64,000 nt of DNA from an uncultured Bacilli bacterium (GCA_944350445.1 CALVOW010000002.1:5636-69635); one strand, 5' to 3'. Shown: positions 1 to 8,524, numbered from the stretch's first letter. Program-made: numbers and translations. The notes: generated from the letters alone by a model not told the origin.

Positions 1-1
1 G

Positions 2-877
2 GTAAATACTAATGATGAAGTTGGAGAACAAATACCAGAAGTTCAAGAAAATAGTCAAGTACAGGATGCAAATAGTGGGTTAGGAATAGATCCAACTATA
101 AACCAAACGGTTGAAACTACAGTTTCTAATACTTCAGCTTCTGTTGAACCAGTTGAAGTACCACCTATTAATGTTACTAATACACCACCGGTAGAACCGG
201 TAAATGTAACTCCAGTAACACCTGTTGAAGCAACACCAATTTCTGTTGTACCACAATCAGAGCAAGAGCCAATAAATATTACGCCAATACAACCAGAACC
301 AACACCAGTTATGCAAACCGGAATGGGAGAGATTAATGTAACTCCGGTTACTCCTGTTGAAGCAACACCAATTTCTGTTGCACCACAACCAGAGCAAGAG
401 TCAATAAATATTACACCAATTCAGCCAGAACCAACACCAGTTATGCAAACTGGAATGGGAGAGATTAATGTAACTCCGGTTACTCCTGCTGAACCAACAC
501 CAATTTCTATTACACCAATACAACCAGAACCAACACCAGTTATGCCACCAGAAATGGGAGAGATTAATGTAACCCCAGAGACTCCTCCGGCACCAGAACC
601 TGTTCAAGCTGAAAATCAAACTTTAAATAATTTTACGGGAATTAATATAGAACCGGTTCTTCAACCAGTTCCCCCAGTTAATAATATGACAGAATCTAAT
701 CCTGTAAATTTGCCTTATGGAGGTGCTAATCCAGCTGTAACAATTACTCCACTTCAAGAAGAAAATAAGGTAATTTATGGTGGAGCTGATCCATTAGCCG
801 GAACAGGAGTTATTCCTCAAGTTTCGAATGACCAAGTTACGGAATTAAAAAAACCAGAAGATATTGAATCATTATAG
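2..877 (+). CDS. Pro/Thr/Val-rich tandem-repeat protein, 5' end outside window
   Basis: Frame is open from the window edge to TAG at 875-877. The product is P/T/V/E-rich with repeated ...INVTPVTPVEATPISV.PQ.EQE.INITPIQPEPTPVMQTGMGE... units. Confidence 0.6.
   Translation, partial: VNTNDEVGEQIPEVQENSQVQDANSGLGIDPTINQTVETTVSNTSASVEPVEVPPINVTNTPPVEPVNVTPVTPVEATPISVVPQSEQEPINITPIQPEPTPVMQTGMGEINVTPVTPVEATPISVAPQPEQESINITPIQPEPTPVMQTGMGEINVTPVTPAEPTPISITPIQPEPTPVMPPEMGEINVTPETPPAPEPVQAENQTLNNFTGINIEPVLQPVPPVNNMTESNPVNLPYGGANPAVTITPLQEENKVIYGGADPLAGTGVIPQVSNDQVTELKKPEDIESL
197..600 (+). repeat. In-frame tandem repeats (132, 132, 99 nt units) inside the repeat protein
   Basis: Near-identical units, each containing AATGTAAC, begin at 203, 335, 467 and 566. 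Confidence 0.8.
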
Positions 878-894
878 AAGAAAGGACTGATACT

Positions 895-1599
895 ATGAAT
901 ATAGTAGACATAATTATTATAATTTTTATCTTAGTATCTGGTGTTGTTGGCTTTAAACGAGGTGTTTTTAAAGAATTAGTAATCTGTGTAGGAACAATTT
1001 TGGTTTTTTATCTTGCATATCAATTTAAAGATCCGATTGGTGAGTTTTTACTTTTAAAATTACCAATGTTTGATTTTCCAAATTTATTTAAGGGAGTTAT
1101 TACTTTAAATATTCTTGTTTATCAATTACTTGCTTTTATTGTTGTTTTAGCCATTTTATTAATAATTTTTAATTTAGTTGTTTCTATTACAGGTCTATTT
1201 GAAAAATTACTTCGTATTACAATTGTTTTAGGAATTCCTTCAAAAATACTAGGATTTCTTGTAGGTCTTGTTGAAGGGTATGTAATAGCTTTTGTAATTT
1301 TATTCTTTTTAACACAACCAGCTTTTAGTTTTGATCATTTTATTAATAGTAAATATGCTAATGCAATTTTAACATCCTCACCAGTTTTAACCAATATTAC
1401 TAATGATACAGTTGAACTTATGCAAGATATTTATGATTTAAAAGATGAAGAAGATACTAATGTTTTAAATTCAAAAATTTTAGATATGATGCTTGATAAA
1501 AAAATGGTCAAATATGAAACAGTTGAAAAATTATATGAAACAGGAAAAATTAATTTTGATGGTATTGAAGCTATTTTAGAACGATATAAGGAGAGCTAA
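895..1599 (+). CDS. cvpA: CvpA-family membrane protein
   Basis: N-terminus MNIVDIIIIIFILVSGVVGFKRGVFKEL plus multiple hydrophobic helices is typical of the CvpA family. SD AGGA lies upstream. Confidence 0.75.
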   Translation: MNIVDIIIIIFILVSGVVGFKRGVFKELVICVGTILVFYLAYQFKDPIGEFLLLKLPMFDFPNLFKGVITLNILVYQLLAFIVVLAILLIIFNLVVSITGLFEKLLRITIVLGIPSKILGFLVGLVEGYVIAFVILFFLTQPAFSFDHFINSKYANAILTSSPVLTNITNDTVELMQDIYDLKDEEDTNVLNSKILDMMLDKKMVKYETVEKLYETGKINFDGIEAILERYKES

Positions 1600-1892
1600 T
1601 GATAAAATATTTAGAAAAAAACTTTGATGAAGAAGTTAAGGGAAAAAAAGTATTAGTTGATTTTTTTGCTACTTGGTGTGGACCTTGTAAAATGCTTGCA
1701 GAAACATTGAAGGAAGTAGAAAAGGAAATAACTATTGATATTATAAAAGTTGATGTTGATAAATTTCCTGATGAAGCCAGTCGTTATAATGTTTTTAGTG
1801 TTCCAACTATCTATCTGATGGATGATTTAAAAATCTTGAAAACACATACAGGGTATTTAAATAAAGAAGAATTAAAAGAATTTATAAAATAA
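1599..1892 (+). CDS. trxA: Thioredoxin
   Basis: 97 aa with the WCGPCK active site and the VPT cis-Pro motif. Start overlaps the cvpA stop (TAATG). Confidence 0.9.
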   Translation: MIKYLEKNFDEEVKGKKVLVDFFATWCGPCKMLAETLKEVEKEITIDIIKVDVDKFPDEASRYNVFSVPTIYLMDDLKILKTHTGYLNKEELKEFIK

Positions 1893-1994
1893 AATATTTA
1901 TAGAGTTTTTCTATAAATATTTTTTAGTTTAATATTTAATTTAGTTATTTTTTTTAAGTATTCCCATATAATTAATTGAAAGTGAGGAATATAC

Positions 1995-2255
1995 GTGGAA
2001 ACACTTAAAGTAAGCAGTAAATCAAATCCAAGTAGTGTTGCAGGAGCGTTGGCTAATGTATTTAAAGAAAAATCTGTTGTTGAAATACAAGCTGTTGGGG
2101 CTGGTGCTATTAACCAAGCCATTAAAGCTATTGCTATTGCTAGAGGATTTGTTGCTCCAAGTGGAAAAAACTTAATTTGCACCCCGGCTTTTCAAGATAT
2201 TTCCATTGAAGGGGAAGAAAGAACTGCTATTAAATTAATTGTTGAGACTAGATAG
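1995..2255 (+). CDS. spoVS: Stage V sporulation protein S
   Basis: 86 aa, GTG start after GAGG. Sequence ...LKVSSKSNPSSVAGALA...EIQAVGAGAINQAIKAIAIARGFVAPSG..L.C.PAF.DI.I.GEERTAIKLIVE.R closely matches my recollection of SpoVS. Confidence 0.9.
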   Translation: METLKVSSKSNPSSVAGALANVFKEKSVVEIQAVGAGAINQAIKAIAIARGFVAPSGKNLICTPAFQDISIEGEERTAIKLIVETR

Positions 2256-2284
2256 TCAAACTAAAAAGAAGCCTAAGTGCTTCT

Positions 2285-2695
2285 TTAATTTGTATAAGTA
2301 TCATTTAAACATCTAATGGCAAGAACACAATCAAGCGAAATAGTAAAGAAATTATTTGTACTTACATATGGTAGAAGTTGGTTAGTCGTATCAGGATTTG
2401 GGGCTAAGATTTCAAAAGTTGCACAGTTTCCATCGACTTTGGAAATTTTAAAGACAGTACTTTCAGCAGTTATTCCGTTTAAGGTATAAGGCATAGTCCA
2501 TAAAGCCCCACTACAACATGAATATAATGTAATAGGTCTTGTATTAAAGATAAAACCATTGTTAAAATTTGGTCCAAGGCATGGTTTATCACAACCTGTT
2601 TCATCTAAATTGGTATTTTCGGCACATTTTTGAAGTTCTAAAATAAAATTTAAAATTTTACTTATACTTGATTCATCACAAAAATTATTATTCAT
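2285..2695 (-). CDS. CotZ/CotY-family spore coat protein (paralog 1)
   Basis: Start ATG 2695 after AAGGAGG. Motifs FNTRPI.LY, ...VDGNCATFEIL..., ...ISLDCVLAIRCLND resemble B. subtilis CotZ (CFNT..FRVERV.GSCATL.LL, VDLDCFCAINCLNP). The 5' extension in the ORF track was dropped. Confidence 0.7.
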   Translation of the reverse strand: MNNNFCDESSISKILNFILELQKCAENTNLDETGCDKPCLGPNFNNGFIFNTRPITLYSCCSGALWTMPYTLNGITAESTVFKISKVDGNCATFEILAPNPDTTNQLLPYVSTNNFFTISLDCVLAIRCLNDTYTN

Positions 2696-2708
2696 AATAC
2701 CTCCTTTC

Positions 2709-3110
2709 TTAAACGTTATTAACAACTGTATCAGCAAGACAACGAATTGCACACACGCATCCTAAATTAATAGTTGCAAATGTGTTAGTACTTTCATACA
2801 CAACATTTCCTTCTGAATCTGTTGATGCTTCTAATAAAAGTACTCCTACACTATCATTAGAAACACTTTGTACTCTAAATACATTAGTTGTTAAATTTTC
2901 ACCTGTTGAACTGGTATAATTTAGAGTAATTGGACTATTGTCGCATTTATATAACATAATTGGTCTTGTATTAAAACATATAACGTTAGTAGTTATTCCT
3001 AAAAATGGTTTTGTACAAGTATTATCTTGACAATCTATTTTTTCAGCATTACATTGTAAAACTTTAATAACATTTAGTATTTTGGCTAAACAATTATCTA
3101 GATCATTCAT
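2709..3110 (-). CDS. CotZ/CotY-family spore coat protein (paralog 2)
   Basis: 133 aa after an AAGGAG SD. Carries the same Cys pattern and motifs (CFNTRPIMLY, FRVQSV, INLGCVCAIRCLAD). Sits in tandem with paralog 1. Confidence 0.7.
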   Translation of the reverse strand: MNDLDNCLAKILNVIKVLQCNAEKIDCQDNTCTKPFLGITTNVICFNTRPIMLYKCDNSPITLNYTSSTGENLTTNVFRVQSVSNDSVGVLLLEASTDSEGNVVYESTNTFATINLGCVCAIRCLADTVVNNV

Positions 3111-3210
3111 AAAATCACTCCTTTATTCTTATCTAATATAAATTATGAAAGATAGTAAAAAAAGTGTGTTATTAATACCTAGAAAATGTTATAATTAAAA
3201 TAGGTGAGAT

Positions 3211-3960
3211 ATGAAAGCATTGATTACAGGAGCATCAAGTGGTATAGGACTTGCAATGGCTAATTATTTAAATGAATTAGGAGTCGATTTAATTTTAGTT
3301 AGTAGAAATAAAGAAAGATTAGAAGATCTAACTAAAAATTTTCAAGTAAATGTTCATATAATTATTTTAGATTTAAGTAATTTAGAAAAAATAAAAGAAT
3401 TATATGTATTAACTAAAAATGAAGAAATTGATATTTTAATTAATAATGCTGGTTTTGGTTTGTTTGGAGAATTTACAAGTATAAATTTAAATCAAGAAAT
3501 GGAAATGATTGATGTAAATATTAAAGCCGTACATTTATTAACAAAATTATATTTAAAAGATATGGTAAAAAGAAATAGTGGTTATATTTTAAATGTAGCA
3601 TCGGCAGCCGGTTTTGGACCAGGACCTTTGATGGCTACTTATTATGCAACCAAAGCTTATGTTTTAAATTTAACCGAAGCTATTTCTTATGAATTAAAAG
3701 CTAAAAATAAAGATGTTTCTATTTCTGTATTATGTCCAGGGCCAGTAAAGACTAATTTTAATAAGATTGCTAATGTTGAATTTAAAGGTGCATCTTTAAC
3801 AAGTGATTATGTTGCTAAATATGCAATTTCTAAAATGTTTTTAAAAAAGAAAATTATTATTCCTGGTTTTAAAATGAAATTAATTACTTTTTTAAGAAGA
3901 TTTGTACCTCGGAGTTTAGTTTTAAAAATAACTTATAATTTTCAAAAGAAGAAAAGTTAA
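3211..3960 (+). CDS. Short-chain dehydrogenase/reductase (SDR) family oxidoreductase
   Basis: TGASSGIG cofactor motif, NNAG, and YxxxK (YYATKAY). Confidence 0.85.
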   Translation: MKALITGASSGIGLAMANYLNELGVDLILVSRNKERLEDLTKNFQVNVHIIILDLSNLEKIKELYVLTKNEEIDILINNAGFGLFGEFTSINLNQEMEMIDVNIKAVHLLTKLYLKDMVKRNSGYILNVASAAGFGPGPLMATYYATKAYVLNLTEAISYELKAKNKDVSISVLCPGPVKTNFNKIANVEFKGASLTSDYVAKYAISKMFLKKKIIIPGFKMKLITFLRRFVPRSLVLKITYNFQKKKS

Positions 3961-4022
3961 TTTTTTTCTTTTTTATTGATTTTGTTTATGTTATAATATT
4001 TTTGTATAATATGGAGGTATAA

Positions 4023-5042
4023 ATGAAGTGTGTAAAAATTAAGGGGGAAAAAAGATTAGAAATTGCAACTATAAAAAAACCAGTTTCTAAAAATGGTTCG
4101 GTTATAATTAGAGTGAAAGCTTGTGGAATTTGTGGTTCAGATTTACATTACTTTGAAGCAGGAGAACCTTTAGAACTTATTATGGGCCATGAGTTTGCTG
4201 GAGAAGTAGTTGATCCAGGAGATAGAAGTGATTTAAAAGTAGGGGATCGAGTAACTGGATTACCAATTTCTCCATGTTTGGAATGTAAAGCGTGTAAAAC
4301 GGGAAATGTCCAGTATTGTTCGAAAACTTGGCAAGATGCCGTTGGTTTATCATTAACAAATTCTGGTGGTTTAGCCGAATATTTAAGCTGTCGAAGTGAT
4401 ATGGTAAAAAAGATTCCTGATAAAGTTACCTTTCAAGATGCAACACTTGTTGAACCATCTGCTGTATCTTTACATGCTATTAATTTAGCTAATATTAAAG
4501 TAGGCGATAAGGTTTTAATTATTGGTGGAGGAATTATTGGTTTAATGGCAGCTGAGTTTGCTAAATTAAATGGAGCCTCTTATATAGCCCTTATGGAAAC
4601 CAACATGAAAAGAGCTCGGAAAGCTTTAAAATATGGGGCTATTAATGAAATATTTAATGCTAGTGATACCAATGTCATTTCCAAAGCTTTGAAAAAAACT
4701 AATGGGGGATATGATAAGGTAATTGAATGTTGTGGTAATCAATATGCCGTAAGTGAAGCTATAATGAGTGTAAAACCTGGAGGAACAATTGTGTTAGTTG
4801 GTGTTTCTATGACCCCAATTAATGTTCCAATGGTAGCCTCAGTTATGCGTGAGGTAACCATGAAAGGTGCTATTGCTTATACAGAAGCAGAATTTGAAAC
4901 TTGTATTGAATTAATTGAAAAGAAAATTATCAATGTTCACAAATATATTGATAAAAGAGTAAATTTAGAAAAAGTTCAAGAAGCTTATTTAGATTTAATA
5001 AGTGGAAAAACTGATAATATAAAAATTATTGTAAAACCATAA
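4023..5042 (+). CDS. Zinc-dependent alcohol/polyol dehydrogenase (MDR family)
   Basis: CGICGSDLH, GHEFAGEV, structural-zinc cluster CLECKACKTGNVQYC, and a GGGIIGL Rossmann motif. Confidence 0.85.
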   Translation: MKCVKIKGEKRLEIATIKKPVSKNGSVIIRVKACGICGSDLHYFEAGEPLELIMGHEFAGEVVDPGDRSDLKVGDRVTGLPISPCLECKACKTGNVQYCSKTWQDAVGLSLTNSGGLAEYLSCRSDMVKKIPDKVTFQDATLVEPSAVSLHAINLANIKVGDKVLIIGGGIIGLMAAEFAKLNGASYIALMETNMKRARKALKYGAINEIFNASDTNVISKALKKTNGGYDKVIECCGNQYAVSEAIMSVKPGGTIVLVGVSMTPINVPMVASVMREVTMKGAIAYTEAEFETCIELIEKKIINVHKYIDKRVNLEKVQEAYLDLISGKTDNIKIIVKP

Positions 5043-5051
5043 AAAAGAAAT

Positions 5052-5111
5052 GGTTCTTAAACATTAAGGAGTGATGAAAGAAATTTTATCACTCCTTAAT
5101 GTTTAAGAACC
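5052..5111. repeat. 60-bp perfect palindrome built from two inverted copies of the ISL3 terminal repeat (MITE-like / bidirectional terminator)
   Basis: GGTTCTTAAACATTAAGGAGTGAT (5052-5075), a 12-nt loop, then the exact reverse complement (5088-5111). The first 43 nt are identical to the ISL3 end at 15326-15368. Confidence 0.8.
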
Positions 5112-5125
5112 CTAATTATTATTAA

Positions 5126-5471
5126 TGGTGGAGCTGGGGAGAGTTGAACTCCCGTCCGAAATTAATGATAAATAAACTTCTACAAGGTTAGTTAATTCTT
5201 TAAATTCATTAGGAAATAAGCGAATTAACAAACATAAACCTAACTAGTTTAGTGAATTTCGTTATTACTCCTAAACAAAGCAATAATATAATCTACTAAA
5301 ATGAACTCTTTCAAAGATTCGTAGATAAAATCTTTGAAGAGTATTCGCTATTATTAAATTAAGCGAATGCTAATTTATTATTGTTTCCAGTTATATTTAA
5401 CTGATTATTTAACGCATAAGTGCGCCTTGCTATTTAAGTTCAGTTAATTCCGTCGAAACCATTACAGCCCC
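5126..5471 (-). ncRNA. ssrA: tmRNA (SsrA)
   Basis: Minus-strand 5' end GGGGCTGTAATGGTTTCGACGG and 3' end GGACGGGAGTTCAACTCTCCCCAGCTCCACCA. An internal tag frame ends ...GGA AAC AAT AAT AAA TTA GCA TTC GCT TAA (..GNNNKLAFA*). Confidence 0.9.
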
Positions 5472-5584
5472 AGATGGACTAATTATAACATATTATAAAA
5501 AAATAGTAAACAAATTTTGCTAATCTTATTGACTGGTAATTTAAGGTATGTTATTATTTAGATATAATGATAGGAGGATTATTT

Positions 5585-6136
5585 ATGCGAAAAAAAAATA
5601 TACGAAAAGATAAGAAAGGGTTTACACTAGTAGAATTATTAGCTGTTATTGTTGTTTTAGCTATTGTTATGGGTCTTGCAGCTGTTGCTATTACAAGTGT
5701 ACTTAATAATACGAGAAAAAGTGCTTTTGTTACTGATGCTAAATCTTTCATTGATGGTGCTCGTGATTTAGTTAATGCTGATGGGTTAAATTCTTTACTT
5801 GGAAGTAGTGGAGGAAATTATGCACCATCTTGTACTAATGGTACTGGTGGTACAAAGTATATTCCTGTAAATGCTGTTAGACTTGAAAGTGGTGGAACAA
5901 AAAGTCCATATGGTAATGATTATTTAAAAGGTACAGGAACAGCAGCTGTTGATGCAAAACCTGCTGATGGAACTTCCTATGTTCAAGTAACATCAGTAAT
6001 TGATGCAGCTGGGGAATGTACATTTTCTTATAGTATTTTCTTAAGTGATGGTGTGTATGCTGTTGGAACTCAAGCAGCTCCTGTTGCTGAAAATAGTTTA
6101 GATAATGATGATGTACAAGTTATTCAAGGATCTTAA
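5585..6136 (+). CDS. Prepilin-type N-terminal cleavage/methylation domain protein (type IV pilin/pseudopilin-like)
   Basis: MRKKNIRKDKKGFTLVELLAVIVVLAIVMGLAAVAI is a class III signal (G/FTLxE plus hydrophobic helix). Start ATG 5585 follows AGGAGG. Confidence 0.8.
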   Translation: MRKKNIRKDKKGFTLVELLAVIVVLAIVMGLAAVAITSVLNNTRKSAFVTDAKSFIDGARDLVNADGLNSLLGSSGGNYAPSCTNGTGGTKYIPVNAVRLESGGTKSPYGNDYLKGTGTAAVDAKPADGTSYVQVTSVIDAAGECTFSYSIFLSDGVYAVGTQAAPVAENSLDNDDVQVIQGS

Positions 6137-6234
6137 AAGTTTAAATATTTTAGTCAAAAGTTTGCTGATAAAAAGTAAACTTTTTTCTTTATAATTCTTA
6201 TTTTCTTTGTTACAATATAAAAGAAGAGGTGTTT

Positions 6235-7098
6235 ATGTTAATTATTGGTTCACATGTAAGTTTTACAAAAGACAAACAATTACTTGGAAGTGTTGAAGAA
6301 GCTTTATCATATGGCGCTAATACGTTTATGTTTTATACTGGTGCTCCCCAAAATACGAAAAGATATGCAATAAATTCTGTTATTACCAATAAAGCAATTA
6401 CCAAGATGCAAGAAAATAATATTGATATTGAAAAAGTTATTGTTCATGCTCCTTATATTATTAATCTTGCTAATGATAAAGAAGCAGATAAATATGATTT
6501 TTCAATCCGCTTTTTAAAAGAAGAAATAAAAAGAGTCGAAGAACTTGGTATAAAATATATAGTTTTACATCCAGGAAGTCATGTTGGACTTGGTGTTGAA
6601 AAGGGAATAGAAAATATAATACAGGCTTTAAATATCGTTTTAGAAGCATCTTCTACTGTTACTATTTTATTAGAAACAATGGCTGGTAAAGGTACAGAAA
6701 TTGGCAGTACTTTTGAAGAAATAGCTAAAATTATTTCTGGCATAAAGAAAAAAGAGTATATAGGTGTTTGTATGGATACTTGTCATATGAATGATAGTGG
6801 TTATAAAATAGAAGAATTTGATTTACTTTTAGAGGAATTTGATCAAATTGTTGGACTTCCTTATTTAAAATGTATTCATGTAAATGATAGTAAAAATATA
6901 AGAGGGGCTAAAAAAGATCGACATGAAAATATTGGTTATGGTACAATTGGCTTTGATAATTTATTAAAAGTTTTTTATCATAAAAAATTAGATTGCATTC
7001 CAAAAATTTTAGAAACGCCTTATATTTTTGAAAAAGCTCCATATAAAGAAGAAATAGAAATGATTAAGAAAAAACAGTTTAATGCTAATTTAAAGTGA
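6235..7098 (+). CDS. nfo: Endonuclease IV (deoxyribonuclease IV)
   Basis: IGSHVS, HAPYIINLAN, LHPGSH, ETMAGKGTE, VCMDTCH and HVNDSK metal-ligand motifs. Confidence 0.9.
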   Translation: MLIIGSHVSFTKDKQLLGSVEEALSYGANTFMFYTGAPQNTKRYAINSVITNKAITKMQENNIDIEKVIVHAPYIINLANDKEADKYDFSIRFLKEEIKRVEELGIKYIVLHPGSHVGLGVEKGIENIIQALNIVLEASSTVTILLETMAGKGTEIGSTFEEIAKIISGIKKKEYIGVCMDTCHMNDSGYKIEEFDLLLEEFDQIVGLPYLKCIHVNDSKNIRGAKKDRHENIGYGTIGFDNLLKVFYHKKLDCIPKILETPYIFEKAPYKEEIEMIKKKQFNANLK

Positions 7099-7155
7099 TT
7101 TTCTTGATTAATTTCTTTTTTTTTGTTAAAATACTATTGTTCATGTGAGGTTTTT

Positions 7156-7506
7156 ATGAGTAAATTTATAAAAGATGAAGTAGTAGAAGGTTGTGTTACA
7201 GGAATTGAAAAGTATGGAATTTTTGTGACTTTAGATGAATATTATAGTGGCTTAATACATATATCTGAAATATCGGATGGATTTGTTCGTGATATTAATA
7301 AAGTAGCTAATATTGGAGAAACTATTAAAGTAAAAGTTTTAGAGGCTGATGATGATACTTTTCATGTAAAATTAAGTATTAAAAATTTAGATTATCGTAT
7401 TAATAAGCGAAATTCATCTTTAATAATCGAAACCAAGCATGGTTTTTCAACTTTAAAAAAGCAATTACCTATTTGGATAAAAAATAGAGAAAATGAAAAA
7501 AAATAA
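7156..7506 (+). CDS. S1 RNA-binding domain protein (YugI/CvfD-like)
   Basis: VVEGCVTGIEKYGIFVTLDEYYSGLIHISEISDGFVRDI...GETIKVKVL indicates an S1 fold. Start ATG 7156 follows GAGG. Confidence 0.8.
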   Translation: MSKFIKDEVVEGCVTGIEKYGIFVTLDEYYSGLIHISEISDGFVRDINKVANIGETIKVKVLEADDDTFHVKLSIKNLDYRINKRNSSLIIETKHGFSTLKKQLPIWIKNRENEKK

Positions 7507-7526
7507 TAAAACATCTTAAAAATTTA

Positions 7527-7555
7527 TTGACATCACTCTAAGAAAATGTTATAGT
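7527..7555 (+). promoter_or_regulatory. Sigma-A-type promoter of the tRNA array
   Basis: TTGACA (7527-7532), 17 bp, TATAGT (7550-7555), with TG at 7547-7548 (extended -10). About 20 nt upstream of the first tRNA. Confidence 0.6.
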
Positions 7556-7575
7556 TAATAACGTCTTGTGCTAAT

Positions 7576-7652
7576 GGGCGATTAGCTCAGTTGGTTAGAG
7601 CACCTGCCTTACAAGCAGGGGGTCATAGGTTCGAGTCCTATATCGCCCACCA
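7576..7652 (+). tRNA. tRNA-Val(TAC)
   Basis: Hand-folded cloverleaf: acceptor GGGCGAT/ATCGCCC, anticodon loop CTTACAA, TTCGAGT T loop, encoded CCA. Confidence 0.9.
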
Positions 7653-7655
7653 TTT

Positions 7656-7731
7656 GCCGAAATAGCTCAATTGGTAGAGCAATTGATTTGTAATCAATAG
7701 GTTACGGGTTCGATTCCTGTTTTCGGCACCA
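7656..7731 (+). tRNA. tRNA-Thr(TGT)
   Basis: Acceptor GCCGAAA/TTTCGGC, anticodon stem ATTGA/TCAAT, loop TTTGTAA, CCA. Confidence 0.9.
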
Positions 7732-7736
7732 GTTAT

Positions 7737-7820
7737 GGAGAGATAGCGAAGTGGCTAAACGCGACAGACTGTAAATCTGTTCCTTCGGGTTCGATGGTTC
7801 GAATCCATCTCTCTCCACCA
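7737..7820 (+). tRNA. tRNA-Tyr(GTA)
   Basis: Acceptor GGAGAGA/TCTCTCC, anticodon stem ACAGA/TCTGT, loop CTGTAAA, long variable arm, CCA. Confidence 0.9.
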
Positions 7821-7825
7821 CGTAT

Positions 7826-7900
7826 TGCCTCGTAGCCAAGTGGTAAGGCACGAGACTTTGACTCTCGCATGCGCTAGTTCGAATCTAGCCGAGGCAACCA
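7826..7900 (+). tRNA. tRNA-Gln(TTG)
   Basis: Acceptor TGCCTCG/CGAGGCA, anticodon stem CGAGA/TCTCG, loop CTTTGAC, CCA. Confidence 0.9.
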
Positions 7901-7908
7901 GTTATTAT

Positions 7909-7984
7909 GTCCCGTTAGCTCAGTAGGTAGAGCATTTGACTTTTAATCAAAGGGTCGTGAGTTCGAATCTCGCACGGGACACCA
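7909..7984 (+). tRNA. tRNA-Lys(TTT)
   Basis: Acceptor GTCCCGT/ACGGGAC, anticodon stem TTTGA/TCAAA, loop CTTTTAA, CCA. Confidence 0.9.
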
Positions 7985-7996
7985 TTTTAAATATGT

Positions 7997-8085
7997 GCCT
8001 GAGTGGCGGAATAGGTAGACGCACAGGACTTAAAATCCTGCGAGCTTTAAAACTCGTGTCGGTTCAAGTCCGATCTTAGGCACCA
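7997..8085 (+). tRNA. tRNA-Leu(TAA)
   Basis: Acceptor GCCTGAG/CTTAGGC, anticodon stem CAGGA/TCCTG, loop CTTAAAA, long variable arm, CCA. Confidence 0.9.
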
Positions 8086-8092
8086 TTTTATT

Positions 8093-8185
8093 GGAGGAAT
8101 ACCCAAGTCCGGTTGAAGGGATCGGTCTTGAAAACCGAGAGGTCGCGCAAGCGGCGCAGGGGTTCGAATCCCTTTTCCTCCGCCA
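8093..8185 (+). tRNA. tRNA-Ser(TGA)
   Basis: Acceptor GGAGGAA/TTCCTCC, anticodon stem TCGGT/ACCGA, loop CTTGAAA, long variable arm, CCA. Confidence 0.9.
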
Positions 8186-8195
8186 AATTTTATAT

Positions 8196-8272
<77 letters not shown>

Positions 8273-8277
8273 AATAT

Positions 8278-8353
8278 GGTCTCGTAGTGCAGTGGTTACC
8301 ACGTCTGCCTGTCACGCAGAAGATCGCGGGTTCAATCCCCGTCGAGACCGCCA
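8278..8353 (+). tRNA. tRNA-Asp(GTC)
   Basis: Acceptor GGTCTCG/CGAGACC, anticodon stem TCTGC/GCAGA, loop CTGTCAC, CCA. Confidence 0.9.
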
Positions 8354-8362
8354 TTTTTTTGT

Positions 8363-8438
8363 GGCTCTGTAGCTCAGTCGGTAGAGCAAGGGACTGAAAA
8401 TCCCTGTGTCGGTGGTTCGATTCCACTCGGAGCCACCA
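8363..8438 (+). tRNA. tRNA-Phe(GAA)
   Basis: Acceptor GGCTCTG/CGGAGCC, anticodon stem AGGGA/TCCCT, loop CTGAAAA, CCA. Confidence 0.9.
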
Positions 8439-8447
8439 TTTATAGAT

Positions 8448-8524
8448 GCGCTCGTAGCTCAATTGGATAGAGCGTTTGGCTACGGACCAAAAGGCTATGG
8501 GTTCGACTCCTATCGGGCGCACCA
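8448..8524 (+). tRNA. tRNA-Arg(ACG)
   Basis: Acceptor GCGCTCG/CGGGCGC, anticodon stem TTTGG/CCAAA, loop CTACGGA, CCA. Confidence 0.9.
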
